In this document: positions 7,046-11,216 of the stretch, in pieces | Layout: each line of letters begins with the position of its first letter | Numbering within the stretch: the stretch's first letter is position 1 | NCBI GenBank assembly: GCA_000388065.2 | Contig: KB932221.1 | Source of the DNA: Fonticula alba ATCC 38817 | Lineage: Eukaryota > Protista > Nucleariida | Length of the DNA stretch: 11,216 nt | Reading direction: 5' to 3' (one strand) | Translations under genes and position numbers: made by a program | The notes under the pieces: generated by a model | Told to the model about the DNA's origin: nothing | Database searches by the model: none | Seen by the model: only the letters and a program-made list of their open reading frames with translations

Positions 7046-10000
7046 CGCCTTGCCGGGATCCGGCCTCTTCCTCCCTTGGAGCCTGCATCCCTGAGGCCCT
7101 CGGGGCTGGAACTCCTCGCCGCGTCCCGAGTTCAGCCACTGTACCTCGTGCCTTTGCCGGGGCTTCGGGAGGTAGGTCACACTCCCGGTGGCAGGCAGCG
7201 CAGCACCTCAACGGCGGTGCCGGGGCTCGTGGCACACGCCCTCCCCCCTGCCCTCGGCCGCACTGGGGCCGTAGATTTGCTCGCGGCCGGCCTTTGTTGC
7301 CTCTGCATTGGTCTATTCCTTGAAGGGCAGTGACGTGCGGTGCATCCGCCCTTCTCCGGAAGGGAGAGGGGCACTCTTTCTCCCGGAGACGCAGTCTTCC
7401 TCCAATATCGCGTAGCGGGCTTGGGATGGATGCTAACATGCGTATGTATCAGTCAAGATGCTGACTGGCCTTGGATCGGTGGGCTCGACTACGCGGACTG
7501 GATGGGGCAACTACAGGCAGTGTCTGGTCCCCGGTGACAAGGCTTTCCTTTTTGCTTGAGATGCCGGTCCCTAGCAGGGCGTCTATGTGTGCCATGTGTG
7601 GGCAGGGCGGCGTTGATCGTGAAGATCTGGGTGGCACTTTGTGTGGGGTACCAGGGGCTTCGGCGACAGCCGTGGAGGGATGCTGCGTACGCCGGGGCGA
7701 GCAAAGTTGCCCCGCTCAAGGAGGAGCGTGTCGAGCGCGTGCGGGACCTCCGAGCCAAGCAACATCACCGGCTGCAAGGGTGCCCCTGCCGCCCGGCGCT
7801 CGTGGATCGGTCGGCGCTGCGAAACAGATGCAAGCCCTATGGCCCCTCACTCGCCTATGGGATTGGGTCGGACATACATTCCCACGTCTACAAAGGCGCC
7901 GGAGTGATGGTGAGGCCTCCTGGTTCCCAGGCGAAGCGGGGGCACATTCGACCACCCGGCAAGAGAGTTGTTGGTTGTCCTGCCGGCGAGGCCTTTCCTC
8001 TGCATGGGAGGCCGCCAATGCCCCACACTAAGTTGAGATGTCCAGCTGTCGTTTGAGGTCGTTGGCCGTAGTGTACAGTGGACGGACCGGGGCCTCGCTG
8101 TGGTATGTCGTCGACATGATGTCCGGTTGGTGAGCATGTCATTGCCCCAATCGGAAAGCATCTAGGGCCTTTGTCTTGGCATCTGCCTGGGTGGCCATTT
8201 GGACAAGTTGCTCATCCTGTATCTGGACCTCTCTCGAGTCAGCCTCAGCTCGAGTAGGGGTCGTGGAGTGCTCAGTCAGCTTTGCTCGGGGAACTCACGC
8301 CATGAGTCCTCCGGGGAGGGGGACATGTTCTATCGGTAGGCTAAGCGGCTGTGGAAAATAGTTCAGTGAGGGGCGTCCTCGGCCGCCACTGTCTCTCTTC
8401 CCGGGGAATTGCGATCGAGGTGACTACTGCTAGGCCAGCCCTACAGCGTGCAAGAAATACAGGCTGCTGCATGGCGAGATTTGCTATTAAGTAGAGGTAG
8501 ATATTGAGCTTATGGTTATGGTTGGGGATTGACAAGAGGACAGCATGTACATGGGGATAGGAATACCGGCTTAGGATGCGTCTGTGGCGTGGGGCCTCCT
8601 ATGCCTGGCTTGCTGAGGTGTCTAGGTCATTGCTCCGAAGGAATGTGGCCGAGGTGCTGTGTCGTTTGGTGGGGAGTGTGGGTGCAGCTTAAAAAAAAGC
8701 ATGGGTGATGCAGGAAGCGTGCCCTTCGGGCGCACTTTCAGTCAGTAAGTGAGGGCACCGCATGTCGGGGTCGTACAGCAGGAGCTCCCCTTTCGAGGAC
8801 AATCCGCCGCGAAATGTGGGGCTGAGGTCACTGCGAGCAACTTTTCAATGCCGTGGTCACAGTGCGCCCCATTTTGGCAGATAGGTCCAGATTGGCCCTC
8901 TCTCTATAAGTCGGGCACTTCGGCAGATTCCACACACAAGGAACGGATTTGAGCGACCCTGCCCGGGCATGGGAGAGCCATTTTCGTAAGGGAGACAGCC
9001 AAGATGCGGAAGTCGAGGCATGATCGAGAAGGCGTAGCTCGAGCATCTCTATGTTGTAAAGGCGTATGCAAGCTGGATTTTCGCCTGGGGTCGACGTATC
9101 GCTTTCTGACCTGTGTGTAGCATGAACTAGGGCCTACTCGGGGATTAATTGATGACAATGGACACGGAAGGGGGCCGAAGTCTCGTGCTGTGACAGGGCG
9201 ACGCTTGGGCAGCAGAAAAATGAGTTTGCTGTAGAAGATCGGCGATTGCCGGCAGTAGGCTGACCGAAGGGGTTGGGTTGAAATGCGGGACATGCTGTCA
9301 CTGGCGGAATGAAGAGGGCGCTTGGCATTATTCAGGGCGCGCCGATGAGTCAATGTCTCAGCCCTGCTGGGGCATGGTTTGATCCTACATTCCGCGACCC
9401 CCGAATATCGAAGGGTCTTGGTAAAGAGGTCACCCTCTGATGGGCGATCATCGGGATGCTATGTGGCAAGCCATTCCTGCAATGGCCGGAGTGTCTCTGC
9501 TCGAGGTGGGACTCGGGGTGAGGGGGCGGGCGGGACGCGCCGAAGGCATGGGTGGTCCCTGGAGGCGGGAGTCAGTGTATGATGACGAGCAATGTCAAGG
9601 GCGCGGCCGCTCGAGCGGAAGATGCCTCGCCGCCACTCAAGTTAAGCGGACTGGGCGCTAATCTCGCGCGGCTGGCTCCATGCTGTTGGCGTAGCATGCG
9701 TGGAGAACCGGGTGGAGGTACATCATGGTAATCCGGGATGCTGTTTACGCCACAGTGCTCTGTGAAGCGGTGCTCAACGCTGGGACACATGTGCAAGTCC
9801 CATTGGGGGGTACATTTCGCTAGGGCGTCACGAGGCATGGCTCTTCGTTTATGTCGACCATCGCCAGCGGGGAGGTGTTGTCACAGCCACGTCTGGGTGA
9901 GGCTGGGCGCGGCAGGGCGTAGAGCTATGCCAGTGAGACACTGGGAGCGGCATGTCGGGGTAGTTGGCAACATGAAGACCATGGGGAGCGATCTCCTGCC

Positions 10001-11216
10001 CGGGCGGAGGGCATCGGGAAGCTGTCGCTGGAGCAGGTTTTGTTGCCAGGCTCGCCGGTGCAAGGATCCACAGGAGCTAGGTCCGGTTGGGAGGTGGCCG
10101 AAGCTTGCGATGCGGGATGTGCCGAGCCGACACAAGTGTTGGCAGAACTACGTCTTTGGTAAGCAGGAAGACCACCAGGCGTGCATACTCCTGCTGTGGC
10201 TGAGTGCCGCGTGGGGGGATTCGTCGAGGGAGCTGGCTGGCCAGGCGCATCTGCGGCGGATGGCTCATGAGGTCGGAGGCATCGGCGATCGCAGCAAACA
10301 TCGGCCGGTGCCTGGATAAGGTGTCACCCAGGCATCGCCGGATCTGTCAGGAGTGCGCCGTCGTCGTGTGGGCGCTCGAGGCGGAGGCGGGGGCGGGGGA
10401 GGGGGCCGATGCTCGGGCGTGGTATTGGGTGTCAATCGACTGGGGCCTCTCGGGAAGTGTCGGATGACGGGCGACACACGGGCCAGAATAGCAGGACCGG
10501 GGAGGGAGAGAAATTGTGTGCAAAATGTCGTGCATGTGTTTGATGAGCGAATGTAGGTACAGGGATGGGTGAATGGGTGTGACCTTGGGGAGGGAGTGCG
10601 GCGGAAGCAGTGAGAGGCAGTGCCCGGGGTCGAGGAAGGCGCGAGGGTAAGGTGTGAAGTAGGGACACGTATGCCAGCGGGCATGTCCGCGTGACCAGTT
10701 TGTGGAATCCGGGGCCACCGCGGTAGTAGGCGGGCTAGGAGGATGTGGCAAGTGGGAGGGGGCAGGCGGGCGCGGAGAGGGCGGGCATGGGGATCCTAGG
10801 CGGGGTGAAAAGTGCGCGGAGGGGTGGCTGTCGGGGCTTTGAAGTGGCGGTAGGAGGGGCCTCAGCGAGCGTGCGTGTGTATCAGAATCAATTGGGGTCC
10901 AGTAGAACGAGGATAATAGAGAAATTGGAGTAAAAAGCCGCGGCGGGGATATCGCCAAAATCCCGAACTCTGAGCGAGCGAATGCGCCAGAGCGGCGCCG
11001 AACGCTGTTGGAAAAACACATATTCTCAGAACATCTCCCTTCAATTATCAGAATGCGTAATCCGCGTGACGCGAAAAAGGGAATTAAAAGTGGAAAAAAG
11101 TGCGGAGAGGCGAATGTCGCCGGAAGGAGGCAAAAAGAGGTGAGAAAAAGACTCCTGGCCGCTTGGGCCACATCGGCGGTTGACGAAGTGGCCTTCCGCG
11201 ACGTCACTCGGCTGAC

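Noticed and set aside
7505-7535. AGGCAGTGTC resembling the miR-34 seed region
   Set aside because: The surrounding stem is only about 10 bp with four G-U pairs and is not a pre-miRNA-like hairpin.
8223-8298. Minus-strand intron-like segment (GTGAGT...GCTGAC...CAG, 76 nt)
   Set aside because: Splicing it gives only very short frames from the nearby ATGs, so no gene model results.
8760-9961. 12-mer GCATGTCGGGGT present twice (8760 and 9950)
   Set aside because: A few 12-mer matches are expected by chance in 11 kb, and the flanks do not extend the match.
9738-10319. 193-aa ORF with LWLSAAWGDSSREL, loosely like the non-LTR reverse transcriptase 'DxxxAFDSV' motif
   Set aside because: The key Asp/Phe residues are absent, and I found no QG or YADD motifs in any frame.
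10347-11207. 286-aa minus-strand ORF
   Set aside because: Its Pro/Ser/Leu/Phe-rich composition simply reflects the C/T-rich strand; no domain is recognisable.

Overview
This is GC-rich eukaryotic genomic DNA (roughly 60-65% GC by eye) with spliceosomal introns; I see no prokaryotic operon, tRNA, rRNA, CRISPR array or intact mobile element. The ten short + strand ORFs between 877 and 5966 appear to be the 11 exons of one gene rather than separate genes. All ten predicted introns start GT(A/G)CG, end in CAG (nine) or AAG (one), and join the exons into one open frame of 3930 nt (1309 aa). The product is six diverged tandem copies of a domain of about 200 aa whose motifs match, by eye, the N-terminal domain of NSF/Sec18 (CDC48/NSF double-psi beta-barrel plus Nc subdomain). 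No AAA ATPase module follows. Repeats 1-5 each carry two introns at homologous positions; repeat 6 has neither. A TATA box lies at 709-715. The remaining ~5.2 kb (5967-11216) has no coding region I can support, only homopolymers, hairpins, orphan splice-like signals and weak AAA-like fragments. The exon model was worked out by hand. The NSF assignment rests on my recollection of the NSF sequence, not on a database search. The organism cannot be identified from this window.
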